Positions 14,842-23,266 of a stretch of DNA of 64,000 bases are shown in pieces. The translations under genes and the position numbers were made by a program. This DNA comes from Elusimicrobiales bacterium. Its GTDB lineage: Bacteria > Elusimicrobiota > Elusimicrobia > Elusimicrobiales > UBA9959. The stretch lies in assembly GCA_041665305.1 (NCBI GenBank), contig JBAYJD010000007.1, positions 6,512-70,511 on the forward strand. Direction: 5' to 3'. The first letter of the stretch is position 1; every line of letters begins with the position of its first letter. Under the pieces are notes generated by a model. That model did no database searches. It saw only the letters and a list, made by a program, of their open reading frames with translations, and was not told the origin of the DNA.

Positions 14842-14868
14842 ATAAAACGCCGTTTTACGGCGTTTTAT
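14842..14868. other. 12-bp perfect hairpin ATAAAACGCCGT-TTT-ACGGCGTTTTAT
   Basis: Read from the sequence. Shares GATAAAACGCCGTT and CGGCGTTTTAT with the pnp terminator hairpin at 23240-23266. Lies 20 nt upstream of the DUF2723 ORF start. Confidence 0.6.
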
Positions 14869-14888
14869 AAAAAATATAGAATTGTTTT

Positions 14889-17066
14889 ATGGATCCAGGC
14901 GGCGCGGGCGAAAATAAAAGTTTTTTTGATTCCCCCTTTCCGGCGGCGGCCCTGCTTTTTGTTACGGTATGCCTGGTCTGGCTCTACTGCCTGCCGCCCG
15001 GCCTGGCCCCCTACCGCGATGCCGGCGAGATAGCCTGCGATGTCGCCACCCTGGGGATCGCCCATCAGCCTGGCTATCCGCTTTATATCCTCTCCGCCAA
15101 GCTGGCTTCCCTTATCCTGCCCGGGAATTTCGCTTACAAATTGAACCTGTTTTCCGCCCTTGCCGGGCTCGCCGCCATGTCCGTTCTTTATTTTGCCCTG
15201 GCCGCCCGCTTCGGCGCGCTCTCCGCCCTGGGCGCGGTCCTGTTATTCTCGCTTAATTTTACCGTACAGACGGTCTCAAGCGTTTCCGAGATGTACGCGC
15301 TCAATTTGTTCCTCGCGGCGGCGCTGATCCTTCTGGCTTTTTCCTTGGAGGAAGACTGGAGCCGGCGCCGGCTTTGGCTGGGCGCTTGCCTGCTCGGCCT
15401 CGCCATGACCAACCGCATGGATATAGTGTTGATAGCGCCCGCCCTTGCGGTCGCCGCATGGCCCGGGCTCAGGCGGGAAACCTTCCACGCTGCGGCCAAA
15501 ACCGTCTTCGGCGGGGTTATTTTCTGGTCCGCCGGTTTTTCCCTTTATCTCTATCTCCTGATCCGTTCCGGTTCCGATCCGCTTTTCGACTGGAGCCATC
15601 CCGCCGATCTGGGAACATTTCTCGCGGTCATAACCCGGAAAAGCTACGGTTCCACGCTGGACCTTATTTCCAGGAATTACTCCACCGGGGAGCTGTTCTG
15701 GCCTAATATCAAATATTACGCCCTGCACCTGGCGGAAAATTTCAATTTAGCTCTTGTTTTCGCCGCAGCCGGGCTATACTCCGAGTTCGGCCGGAACCGA
15801 CGTCGCTTTTTTGTGACGCTGGTACTGTTCGTAATTACGGGCCCGGTCTTTCTTTTTATGGCCAACATGCCGCCGAATCCGCATTCGCTCGCCGTAGTGG
15901 AGCCTTATTATCTCCTGCCCGACATCGCGCTTGTGATCTGGATCGCGGCGGGAATGCGTTTAATTATGAAGGCTGAAGGCTTCGGGCTGAAGGCTGAAGA
16001 ACGGAGAAAAACTTCAGCTTTACGGCTTTGCGCGGCGGCCGCCGCCGCGCTGGCCGTCGTCCTGGCCGCCCGGCATAACCTGCCGCGCGCCGACCGCCGT
16101 ACCCTTTTCGCGGCCGAGGACTGGGGCGCGGATGTCATGAAGAGCTCCCCCCTCTCCGTAACGCTGGTCGCGAAGAAAGACGTCCAGATCTTTTCGTTGT
16201 GGTACCTTCAGGCCGTGCGCGGCGCCCGCCGGGACCTGAAGCTGGTCGCCCAGGGTCTCAGCGGCGCCGGCTGGTACCGCAATTCAAAAGGATTGTGGCA
16301 GCCGGAGCTGAAGCTTTTTAATCTTAACGGCGCGGCGGCTTCGGAATGGGAAAATTTCAGTAAGGCCAATCCCGGCGGCGTTTACGCGACGCCGGACGCG
16401 GAGCTTCCCCCTTCGGCGCAGGCTGTCCCCCGCGGGCTGGCGAGCGCGCTTTATAGCCGGGACGGAGCGTACGATCCGTGGCGTTTTTATAATTTCAGAT
16501 GGCTGGACGGGAAGTACAATGATTTCTTCGCGCTTGACCTCGGCGCGTCCTACGCCCAGAGCATTGTCGCGCGCGCGGCCTGGCTTAATAATCACGGCGG
16601 GTTGAACGGCAAAGAGGCGCGGCGCCTGGAGCTGGCCCGCGTAATGGATCCGGACCTGCCGGACGCGCCGCTTTATCTGGGTTTTTACCACTCCTCGCTC
16701 GGGAACTGGGGCGCCGCGGGCGAATATTTCCGGCGGTCCGCCGGCGTCTATGACAGGCTGTCGGTACTGGCCGGCGAGTACCGCGCCCTGCCGGCGCTTA
16801 AAGAAAGTCTGCTCAAGGCCGGCGCTTACGCCTGGCTGAATTACGGAGTCGCCCTGGAGAAGACCGGCGATCCGCAGGGGGCCGAGAAGGCTTATGAGCG
16901 CACCCTCGCCTCCGATCCGGGAATGGCGGATGCGCATTACAATATGGCCATACTTTATTGGAACAGGGATCCGCGCCGGGTCTACGAAGAACTGCAGGCC
17001 GCCCTGCGGTCGAATCCCGGCCATCAGCAGGCGAGATACTATCTGAGCAGGATGCGGCCGCGGTAA
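14889..17066 (+). CDS. DUF2723 (TMEM260-like, GT-C type) polytopic membrane protein with C-terminal TPR repeats
   Basis: 725 aa. N-terminal PYRDAGEIACDVATLGIAHQPGYPLYIL resembles the DUF2723 signature. Many TM helices. C-terminal TPR-like repeats (AWLNYGVALEKTGDPQGAEKAYERTLASDPGMADAHYNMAILY). Confidence 0.7.
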   Translation: MDPGGAGENKSFFDSPFPAAALLFVTVCLVWLYCLPPGLAPYRDAGEIACDVATLGIAHQPGYPLYILSAKLASLILPGNFAYKLNLFSALAGLAAMSVLYFALAARFGALSALGAVLLFSLNFTVQTVSSVSEMYALNLFLAAALILLAFSLEEDWSRRRLWLGACLLGLAMTNRMDIVLIAPALAVAAWPGLRRETFHAAAKTVFGGVIFWSAGFSLYLYLLIRSGSDPLFDWSHPADLGTFLAVITRKSYGSTLDLISRNYSTGELFWPNIKYYALHLAENFNLALVFAAAGLYSEFGRNRRRFFVTLVLFVITGPVFLFMANMPPNPHSLAVVEPYYLLPDIALVIWIAAGMRLIMKAEGFGLKAEERRKTSALRLCAAAAAALAVVLAARHNLPRADRRTLFAAEDWGADVMKSSPLSVTLVAKKDVQIFSLWYLQAVRGARRDLKLVAQGLSGAGWYRNSKGLWQPELKLFNLNGAAASEWENFSKANPGGVYATPDAELPPSAQAVPRGLASALYSRDGAYDPWRFYNFRWLDGKYNDFFALDLGASYAQSIVARAAWLNNHGGLNGKEARRLELARVMDPDLPDAPLYLGFYHSSLGNWGAAGEYFRRSAGVYDRLSVLAGEYRALPALKESLLKAGAYAWLNYGVALEKTGDPQGAEKAYERTLASDPGMADAHYNMAILYWNRDPRRVYEELQAALRSNPGHQQARYYLSRMRPR

Positions 17067-17067
17067 C

Positions 17068-17089
17068 GGAACCGCTAAAGGCCGGTTCC
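17068..17089. terminator. 7-bp hairpin GGAACCG / CGGTTCC between convergent genes (possible bidirectional terminator; no U-tract)
   Basis: Arms at 17068-17074 and 17083-17089 with an 8-nt loop, in the 31-nt gap between convergent stops. Confidence 0.35.
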
Positions 17090-17097
17090 CGGCGGCT

Positions 17098-18036
17098 TTA
17101 CTTAGGGAAATATCCGTAACGGAACTGGAACATGCCCAGAAGGTCCCAGCCGCCTTTGAACGAGAGATAGGAAATTTCAAAATTCATCTTCAGAAGCGTG
17201 CCCAGGTGGAAGTTGAACAGCTTGGGATTTTGGGGCGCGCCCTGCGGCATCAATACTTCCACGCCTATCGGGGAATTGGGTTTCGGCAGCCACATCAGAC
17301 CGCCGAAAACCATGCCGGAAGGTATCGTCGGGTCGGCTGTGCCGTTGAGGGTGAGCGCCTGCTTCGACAGGAATTCGGAAAGCTGGTATAGGACTTTAGG
17401 CATGTCGCCGTCCGAATAGCCGGCGTTTGCGATCAGCTTCCGGTGGAGCCGTTTGGTAAGTACGAGATAGGCGTTCGCGTAGGTGTTGGTCGTCTTGCCG
17501 GTCGCTTTGACCGTAAGGTTGAAGGTTCCGTTTATGGGCGGCTGGGGTGCGTCTCGGAAGTTGAAAATGGCCTGCACGCCGGAGGCCACGGCCGGCCGCC
17601 AGCGGCCTTCCGTCTGGATAAGCATTTTTGTGTCGGCGCTGAGCAGCCAGAAGCCGACGCGGTCCAGGTAATTTGTCTTCTCGATGGTCCAATCGTACCT
17701 GTTCTTGCCGTACAGACGGCCGATGTAATAGGCGGCGTTGAAATCGAGGCCCAGGCCTATGGAATTATTCCCCCGGCCGCGGTAGGCGGTCGGCATCAGC
17801 ACGATGCCGCTTAAAGGCACTTTGGCATCCTCGTACCGCGCGGGTTTGGACGGCATGTCGGGTTTGACGGCCTGCGGCTGCTGAAAATAAGGGGTCGTGG
17901 AAAGCGGCAATCCTTCAGGCGCCGCGGTGCTGGGCGCGGGGATGACCTGCATCATCTGCGCCGCGGCGGGCAGGCTGAAAGCGACGGCCGGAAAAAAAAC
18001 GGAGAAAAGTATTTTTTTCATAATAAATTTAATCAT
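17098..18036 (-). CDS. secreted / outer-membrane-associated hypothetical protein
   Basis: 312 aa with signal peptide MKKILFSVFFPAVAFSLPAAAQ and beta-rich alternating pattern. 4-nt overlap with pgpA upstream. Confidence 0.5.
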   Translation of the reverse strand: MIKFIMKKILFSVFFPAVAFSLPAAAQMMQVIPAPSTAAPEGLPLSTTPYFQQPQAVKPDMPSKPARYEDAKVPLSGIVLMPTAYRGRGNNSIGLGLDFNAAYYIGRLYGKNRYDWTIEKTNYLDRVGFWLLSADTKMLIQTEGRWRPAVASGVQAIFNFRDAPQPPINGTFNLTVKATGKTTNTYANAYLVLTKRLHRKLIANAGYSDGDMPKVLYQLSEFLSKQALTLNGTADPTIPSGMVFGGLMWLPKPNSPIGVEVLMPQGAPQNPKLFNFHLGTLLKMNFEISYLSFKGGWDLLGMFQFRYGYFPK

Positions 18037-18557
18037 TTGCCGATCCAGAACGCCAGCGCAAGCCTGGTAAGCAGGTTCGCTTCCAGCCCCGCCAGGGCGT
18101 CGTCGAACACTATCCCGAAGCCGCCGGCCAGGTTCGTCTCAAGCTTGTTTATGGGCCAGGGCTTGAGCGTATCCAATATTCTAAAAAAAATGAACGCGGT
18201 TGTTAAGGAAAATATCGTGCGCTCCAGGAACGCCGCGGCTATCCAGTACCCTGCGATCTCGTCTATAACTATGCGCGGGTCGTCGTGCGTGCCGTATGCC
18301 CGGGCCGCGCGATCCGCCACCATGACCGAGAAAACGACGAATGCCGCCAGGAACACGCCGTAAGGCGCGGCGCCCTCCGGCAGGAGCGGGAACATCAGGA
18401 GGGCCAGCGCCGTGCCCATAAACCCGGCGCCGGTAAACTTTTTGAACCCCGTCAGTCTTTCCGGGATAAGACTGATAAAAAATCCGGTGGCGAGAAATTC
18501 CGTCAGTTTGTCCGTGAACGCCGGCGCGCCGAGGCGGGGGCGAGGTTGATGATTCAC
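18033..18557 (-). CDS. pgpA: phosphatidylglycerophosphatase A
   Basis: 174 aa with VIDEIAGYWIA and GFGIVFDDALAGL motifs typical of PgpA. Coupled to pgsA by a 4-nt overlap. Confidence 0.8.
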   Translation of the reverse strand: MNHQPRPRLGAPAFTDKLTEFLATGFFISLIPERLTGFKKFTGAGFMGTALALLMFPLLPEGAAPYGVFLAAFVVFSVMVADRAARAYGTHDDPRIVIDEIAGYWIAAAFLERTIFSLTTAFIFFRILDTLKPWPINKLETNLAGGFGIVFDDALAGLEANLLTRLALAFWIGK

Positions 18558-19165
18558 GCTTTTTTCTCGCTCCAGGATTTCCTGATGAGCTCCCGGTGGT
18601 TATAAAGGTAGATGAGGCCGCTTATCAGCGTGATCAGGGCCGTGAAGACCGTGAGATCGTGCGCTATCCGGCCGGAATAGGCGTTCAGCCGGACGAGCCA
18701 GTCCGGGCCCGGCGGATGTTTGCGAAGCCAGGCTTTAAGCACCAGCAGCGCCATAATAATGAACGAAGAGGTCAGTTGCACGGTCGTCTTTAATTTCCCG
18801 GCGGCTTCCGCTTTCATCACTTCCCCGTTCAGGGCCGCCAGCACCCGCAGCGTGGAAATGGTGAACTCTCTGAGCAGGATGATGAAGACGGCCCATAACG
18901 GTATCGTCAGATCGTGGATCGAGGCGAAAGCGAGAAAGGTCGCCATGATCAGGATCTTATCGGCCAGCGGGTCGGCTATAGCGCCGAAACGCGTGGTAGT
19001 ATGCGTGTGCCTGGCGATAACGCCGTCCACATAGTCCGAGATGCTGGCGACCGTGAGGAGTATGAACGCAATGATGACCGACCAGAAGCTGCGGCAGAAG
19101 ATCAAAACGAATATTACCAGGCTCAGGAACATCCGTACGAGCGTTATGCGGTTTGCCAGCGTCAT
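18554..19165 (-). CDS. pgsA: CDP-diacylglycerol--glycerol-3-phosphate 3-phosphatidyltransferase
   Basis: 203 aa with the CDP-alcohol phosphatidyltransferase motif DYVDGVIARHTHTTTRFGAIADPLADK. Confidence 0.9.
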   Translation of the reverse strand: MTLANRITLVRMFLSLVIFVLIFCRSFWSVIIAFILLTVASISDYVDGVIARHTHTTTRFGAIADPLADKILIMATFLAFASIHDLTIPLWAVFIILLREFTISTLRVLAALNGEVMKAEAAGKLKTTVQLTSSFIIMALLVLKAWLRKHPPGPDWLVRLNAYSGRIAHDLTVFTALITLISGLIYLYNHRELIRKSWSEKKA

Positions 19166-19213
19166 ATGAGTTTCAATTTTCCGGCCGTCAGGCCCGCTAA
19201 ATCTTCCAATCCT

Positions 19214-19990
19214 CTAATTTTTGAATTCCAGCACTTCGGTGCCCTTGGGCGGGACGAACCTGAAGAGCGCTTTGTCCAGCGCGGCGTTCTTTTCCGGGTT
19301 TTCCAGCCGGGTCCTGATGACGGTCTTGTCCACGGTCAGTGAGGCTTCGGCCGGAAAATAGTCGGTTGAAGACAGGGCCAGTTCAAGGGTGTACAGCCCG
19401 GGCTCGTTCTTCGGGGTGAGGGTCATGGTGAGGTAATAGGGGGCCGCGGCGTTCCTTACGACGCTCACATTGTTCTTTTCGGTCAGGGCGGCGTAATTGC
19501 CGAAGTCCATGATGCCGGAAAAATTGCCGCTCTGGTTCTTTTTCCACGCGGCCCACGAGGTACGCACGGCCTGCGAATCTTCCGGTTTATAGACCCAGAG
19601 CTCTTTCTTGTCCGTGTAGACCAGTTGTCTGGCGGGCTTTATATGCTCTATCTTCAACAGGTCAGGCTTCATATAGCTGAGCACGCCTTCGATATGCTGC
19701 TTTAAACCTGCGTCGAAAAAATCAACTTCCTGGCTGAAGCGCGTCCGCAGCGTTTCAAGTTTGGAATCCCATTCTTTCAGGCCGGAGATCGCCGCGTTTT
19801 TAAGTCCGGCGCCGCCGCTTTCCTCCGCCGGGTGGAGCTCCTTTCCTCCCGCGGTGCGTGTGGATACGGCTATTTTCGCGGCGGCTTTTCCTGCATGGCC
19901 GGCCGAGGGCTTGATCTTTTTTATTTCTCCGGCGCGCGCGGAGACCGTCAGCAGGACGGCCAGCGCCGGCAGGATGATAGATAGTTTCAT
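19214..19990 (-). CDS. LolA-like outer-membrane lipoprotein carrier / sorting protein
   Basis: 258 aa with a signal peptide. The position immediately downstream of ftsK (4-nt overlap) mirrors the ftsK-lolA pairing of proteobacteria. Sequence similarity judged by eye only. Confidence 0.55.
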   Translation of the reverse strand: MKLSIILPALAVLLTVSARAGEIKKIKPSAGHAGKAAAKIAVSTRTAGGKELHPAEESGGAGLKNAAISGLKEWDSKLETLRTRFSQEVDFFDAGLKQHIEGVLSYMKPDLLKIEHIKPARQLVYTDKKELWVYKPEDSQAVRTSWAAWKKNQSGNFSGIMDFGNYAALTEKNNVSVVRNAAAPYYLTMTLTPKNEPGLYTLELALSSTDYFPAEASLTVDKTVIRTRLENPEKNAALDKALFRFVPPKGTEVLEFKN

Positions 19991-22368
19991 TGTATCCCCT
20001 CCTTTTCTTCTTCCATGGCCCGGAGATCCGGGGCGTCGGACTCCGCGTCCACATGGCTGCCTATCTTGTCGAAGTCTATCTCCCAGCGGTTGGAGCCTTC
20101 CGGCTTGCGTATATAACCGCTGGTCTCAAGAATGCTCAAAAGGTTGGTGGCCCTGGCCGAGGAGCCGAAATGGGCTTTCAGGAGGTCCTGCGATACCCGG
20201 CGGCGTTCAAGGATGAGCCGCATGGCGTTGATCAGTTCCTCGGAACTCCCGCCGGAGCCGCTCAGGGATTTCTCCTCGTCCTCCACGAGCGGCAGATAAT
20301 AGGGCTTGGCCTGGGCGCGCAGATAATCGGCCACTTTTCGTATTTCATCCTCGGAAACATACGCGCCCTGGATCCGGACCGGTTTCTGGGCGTCTATGGC
20401 GAGATACAGCAGGTCGCCCCGGCCGATGAGCGACTCGGCGCCGGGGGTGTCGAGAATGACGCGGGAATCCGTTTTTGAGGTCACCTGGAGCGCCACCCTG
20501 GACGGCAGATTGGCCTTGATGACGCCGGTGATTATATCCACCGAAGGGCGCTGGGTGGCCAGGACCAGGTGGATGCCCACCGCCCGGGCCATCTGCGCCA
20601 GGCGCTGGATAGAGTCTTCCACCACATTTTTTACCTGAAGGATCAGGTCCGCCAGCTCGTCTATGACGACGACAATATAGTGTTCCTGCGGCTGGCCGTT
20701 GGCGGCGGCCCACTTATTATAGGACGCGATATTCTTAACCCTGGCCTTTTCAAATTTTATATATCTTTTTTCCATGACGCGGGTGAGCGCCAGCAGGGAT
20801 TTAGCCGCTTCCTTGGGGTCGGTGACGACCGAGACTTTGTCGGGTGTTTCTTTAGGGTCGTAAAGATACGGGATGTCTTCGTAAAAGGTCAGCTCCAGCC
20901 TCTTGGGGTCTATGAACAGGAATTTAACTTCGTCCGGGGTTTTGCGGTAGATGATGGAAAGTATCAGCGCCTGCATGAATACGCTCTTTCCGCTGTTGGT
21001 CGCTCCGGCGACCAGGAGGTGCGGCATGGTTTCAAGGTTCGCCACGGCGATGGAGCCTTCCGCGTGCCGGCCTATGCCGAACAACAGCGGATCCCTGCGT
21101 TCGTTGAAACTGGAGCTTTCCAGCACTTCGCGCAAGGAAACCTTGGCGCGGCTGTTGTTCGGGATCTCAAAGCCGATAGCCGATTTGCCCGGGATCGGGG
21201 CTATTACGCGGATGCCTCCCGAGGCTTTCATCGCCAGCGCCACATCGTTGGAAAGCGAGACAATGGAACTTATCTTTACTCCCGGCGCCGGGGTTACTTC
21301 GTAGCGGGTGATCACCGGACCGGGGTAAACTCCGGACACATGGGCCGAGATCCCGAAACTTTTAAAGGTGTCTTCCAGAAGGTTCTTGGAAGCGTTTATC
21401 TCTTCGTTGGTGGGGCCGACAAAGCCCTGCCTGGACGGTTCTTCCAGGAGGCTGGTGGGCGGCAATTTGAAATCCTTGAAATGGCCCTCCGTTTGCGCGT
21501 GGACGGGAGCGGTTCCAGCCGCCTCCGGAGTCTGGACTTTGTGAGGCTGCTGCGCGGCGGGTTTTTGCTCTTTTTCCCTGTATGCCGCGGCTTCGGTCGC
21601 CGCCCGTACTATCCGGGGTTCGGCCGGGGGCGCGGTTTCGGGGAGCGGTTCCCTCCTGGGCGCCGGGGGCGGCTCGGAAATGGGGCGCGCTTCGTAGGCG
21701 GCGCCTTCGCCGGCTTCCCTGTCGGAGATTATTTTAAGTTTGGCCTTAAGCTCCCTGCGGGCCGCGGCCCAGTGCCGGTAATCGTCCAGCACTGCCGAAG
21801 CGACGGCTTTGTAAACCCTGAGCCAGGAGATCTTGAAGAGAAGCTGCAGGCCGGCGAACAGGATGACGCCGGAAAAAAGCGCCGCGCCCGGAGGGCCGAA
21901 CATTTTGGCCAGCACCCCTTCCAGCGCGTAGCCGAGCCAGCCGCCGTCGAAGACTTCCGCGCCGAAGCGCGCCCCCAGCAGGTCGATAACCGAGGAGACG
22001 GCGCCCAGGATCATCAGGATGCCGGCGGTAAGCGTTAGAGCCCCTTTGTGCGGCCGGTTGACCTTAAGCAGGATGGCTATAAGGCCGTAAAGAAAAATAA
22101 AAGGGAAAAAATACGCGGTTTTGCCGAGAAAGGCGAAGAGCGCGGTTTTGACCGGGCCGCCTATCAGGGTCGTTTCAGCGGCGGGGCTGAAGACCAGCCA
22201 GATAAGCCAGAGGCTGAAGGAAAAAGAGAGCAGCCAGTATATGACATAGGAGAGCCCGCCCGGTTTTTTTTTACCGGAGGCCGCGAGCCTGTTGACGGCA
22301 AAGGCGCGCCCTTTTGAACCCGTTCTGTCGATTCCGAACATAAAAGAACCCATAGCTTCGCCGATCAA
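19987..22368 (-). CDS. ftsK: DNA translocase FtsK
   Basis: 793 aa. N-terminal TM helices, Pro-rich linker, motor domain with PHLLVAGATNSGKSV (Walker A), VVVIDELADL (Walker B), and a C-terminal gamma-like wHTH. Confidence 0.95.
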   Translation of the reverse strand: MIGEAMGSFMFGIDRTGSKGRAFAVNRLAASGKKKPGGLSYVIYWLLSFSFSLWLIWLVFSPAAETTLIGGPVKTALFAFLGKTAYFFPFIFLYGLIAILLKVNRPHKGALTLTAGILMILGAVSSVIDLLGARFGAEVFDGGWLGYALEGVLAKMFGPPGAALFSGVILFAGLQLLFKISWLRVYKAVASAVLDDYRHWAAARRELKAKLKIISDREAGEGAAYEARPISEPPPAPRREPLPETAPPAEPRIVRAATEAAAYREKEQKPAAQQPHKVQTPEAAGTAPVHAQTEGHFKDFKLPPTSLLEEPSRQGFVGPTNEEINASKNLLEDTFKSFGISAHVSGVYPGPVITRYEVTPAPGVKISSIVSLSNDVALAMKASGGIRVIAPIPGKSAIGFEIPNNSRAKVSLREVLESSSFNERRDPLLFGIGRHAEGSIAVANLETMPHLLVAGATNSGKSVFMQALILSIIYRKTPDEVKFLFIDPKRLELTFYEDIPYLYDPKETPDKVSVVTDPKEAAKSLLALTRVMEKRYIKFEKARVKNIASYNKWAAANGQPQEHYIVVVIDELADLILQVKNVVEDSIQRLAQMARAVGIHLVLATQRPSVDIITGVIKANLPSRVALQVTSKTDSRVILDTPGAESLIGRGDLLYLAIDAQKPVRIQGAYVSEDEIRKVADYLRAQAKPYYLPLVEDEEKSLSGSGGSSEELINAMRLILERRRVSQDLLKAHFGSSARATNLLSILETSGYIRKPEGSNRWEIDFDKIGSHVDAESDAPDLRAMEEEKEGIQ

Positions 22369-22417
22369 ATGCCGAAAGACCGCGTTAACGCAATACCAGG
22401 GAGAGGCCGCAGAGGTC

Positions 22418-22642
22418 TTATTGCCCCGAAACGAGTTTGATCTTGAAGTTGAGGTCCTGGGGATACATGTTTATCTTGCCCTGAGCGGCAAGCCAGCCCA
22501 GCGCCAGGTAAAGCGCGGAGCTGGAAAGATGAAGCTTTAACTTGATATCCCAGGAAGTGGTTTCCACTCCGCCTTTAAGCAGCTCGGCTATCTTATCGGC
22601 GGTCTGGGTTATGGTATCCGTGAAGCGGGCCGTTTCGTTCAT
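22418..22642 (-). CDS. small winged-helix protein (DUF2582-like)
   Basis: 74 aa. The segment ADKIAELLKGG...SSSALYLALGWLAAQGKI resembles the DUF2582 wHTH family. Confidence 0.5.
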   Translation of the reverse strand: MNETARFTDTITQTADKIAELLKGGVETTSWDIKLKLHLSSSALYLALGWLAAQGKINMYPQDLNFKIKLVSGQ

Positions 22643-22651
22643 AATTGGAGC

Positions 22652-23149
22652 TTACTTCCTCTTTATAAGGAACAGGTTCTGGTTCGGCTCGACGGGTTTG
22701 CCGTTCTCCGCGAGCACTTTTTCTATGACGCATTCCTGTTCGGCTTTAAGTTCGTTGAAGACCTTCATGGCTTCCAGAACGCAAAGGACCTGTCCTTCCT
22801 TCACGGTGTCGCCTTCCCTGACATAGGGCGGACTGGAAGGGGTGGGCGCCCGGTAGAAAATGCCGGACATAGGGGCTTTTATCGTTTCCCCCTCAGGGGC
22901 CGCGGGGGCCGGGGCGGACGAGGGTTTGGCCCCGGCGGGGGCCGCGGCCTGGTGGACCGCATGGGCCGCGAAAACGGGTATGGGCTGCACCGTCTGGTTG
23001 TGTTTGCGTACCAGTTTGATGTAGGTCGCGTCCTTTGAGAATTCCACGACCTCCAGTTTGTTCGCGTTCATGAACTGGTAGAACTTCTGCACCTGTTCAA
23101 AAGCGTTTTCAAGTTTTTTTGGGCTGGTTCCCGGGGTGGTTTTTTTCAT
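22652..23149 (-). CDS. accB: biotin carboxyl carrier protein-like (biotinyl domain)
   Basis: C-terminal biotinyl domain EGDTVKEGQVLCVLEAMKVFNELKAE, with an Ala/Pro linker. The ORF extends to 23209, but ATG 23149 (MKKTTPG) has a GGAGGA RBS 7 nt upstream. Confidence 0.75.
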   Translation of the reverse strand: MKKTTPGTSPKKLENAFEQVQKFYQFMNANKLEVVEFSKDATYIKLVRKHNQTVQPIPVFAAHAVHQAAAPAGAKPSSAPAPAAPEGETIKAPMSGIFYRAPTPSSPPYVREGDTVKEGQVLCVLEAMKVFNELKAEQECVIEKVLAENGKPVEPNQNLFLIKRK

Positions 23150-23239
23150 AAGGTCTTCCTCCTCATTTTCAGCCGCGATCAAAAATCCCTGATACTTCAC
23201 CTCCGGCACGGGGGCCCGTTCATCCCCGTGCCGGGTGAG

Positions 23240-23266
23240 ATAAAACGCCGTTCAGCGGCGTTTTAT
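23240..23266 (-). terminator. hairpin overlapping and following the pnp stop codon (AAAACGCCG / CGGCGTTTT)
   Basis: 9-bp stem with a 5-nt loop. The U-run is partly inside the stem, so terminator strength is uncertain. Confidence 0.5.

Noticed and set aside
14657-14845. 62-aa ORF starting at the TTG of the -35 hexamer (and the 64-aa ORF 35063-35257 in the glnA-downstream hairpin region)
   Set aside because: Both run through hairpin, terminator and palindrome sequences, have no RBS, and have Pro/Arg/Ala-rich translations. The nucleic-acid structure explains the sequence better.
20569-22038. 489-aa plus-strand ORF antisense to ftsK
   Set aside because: No motifs and low-complexity composition. 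The ftsK frame is well supported.
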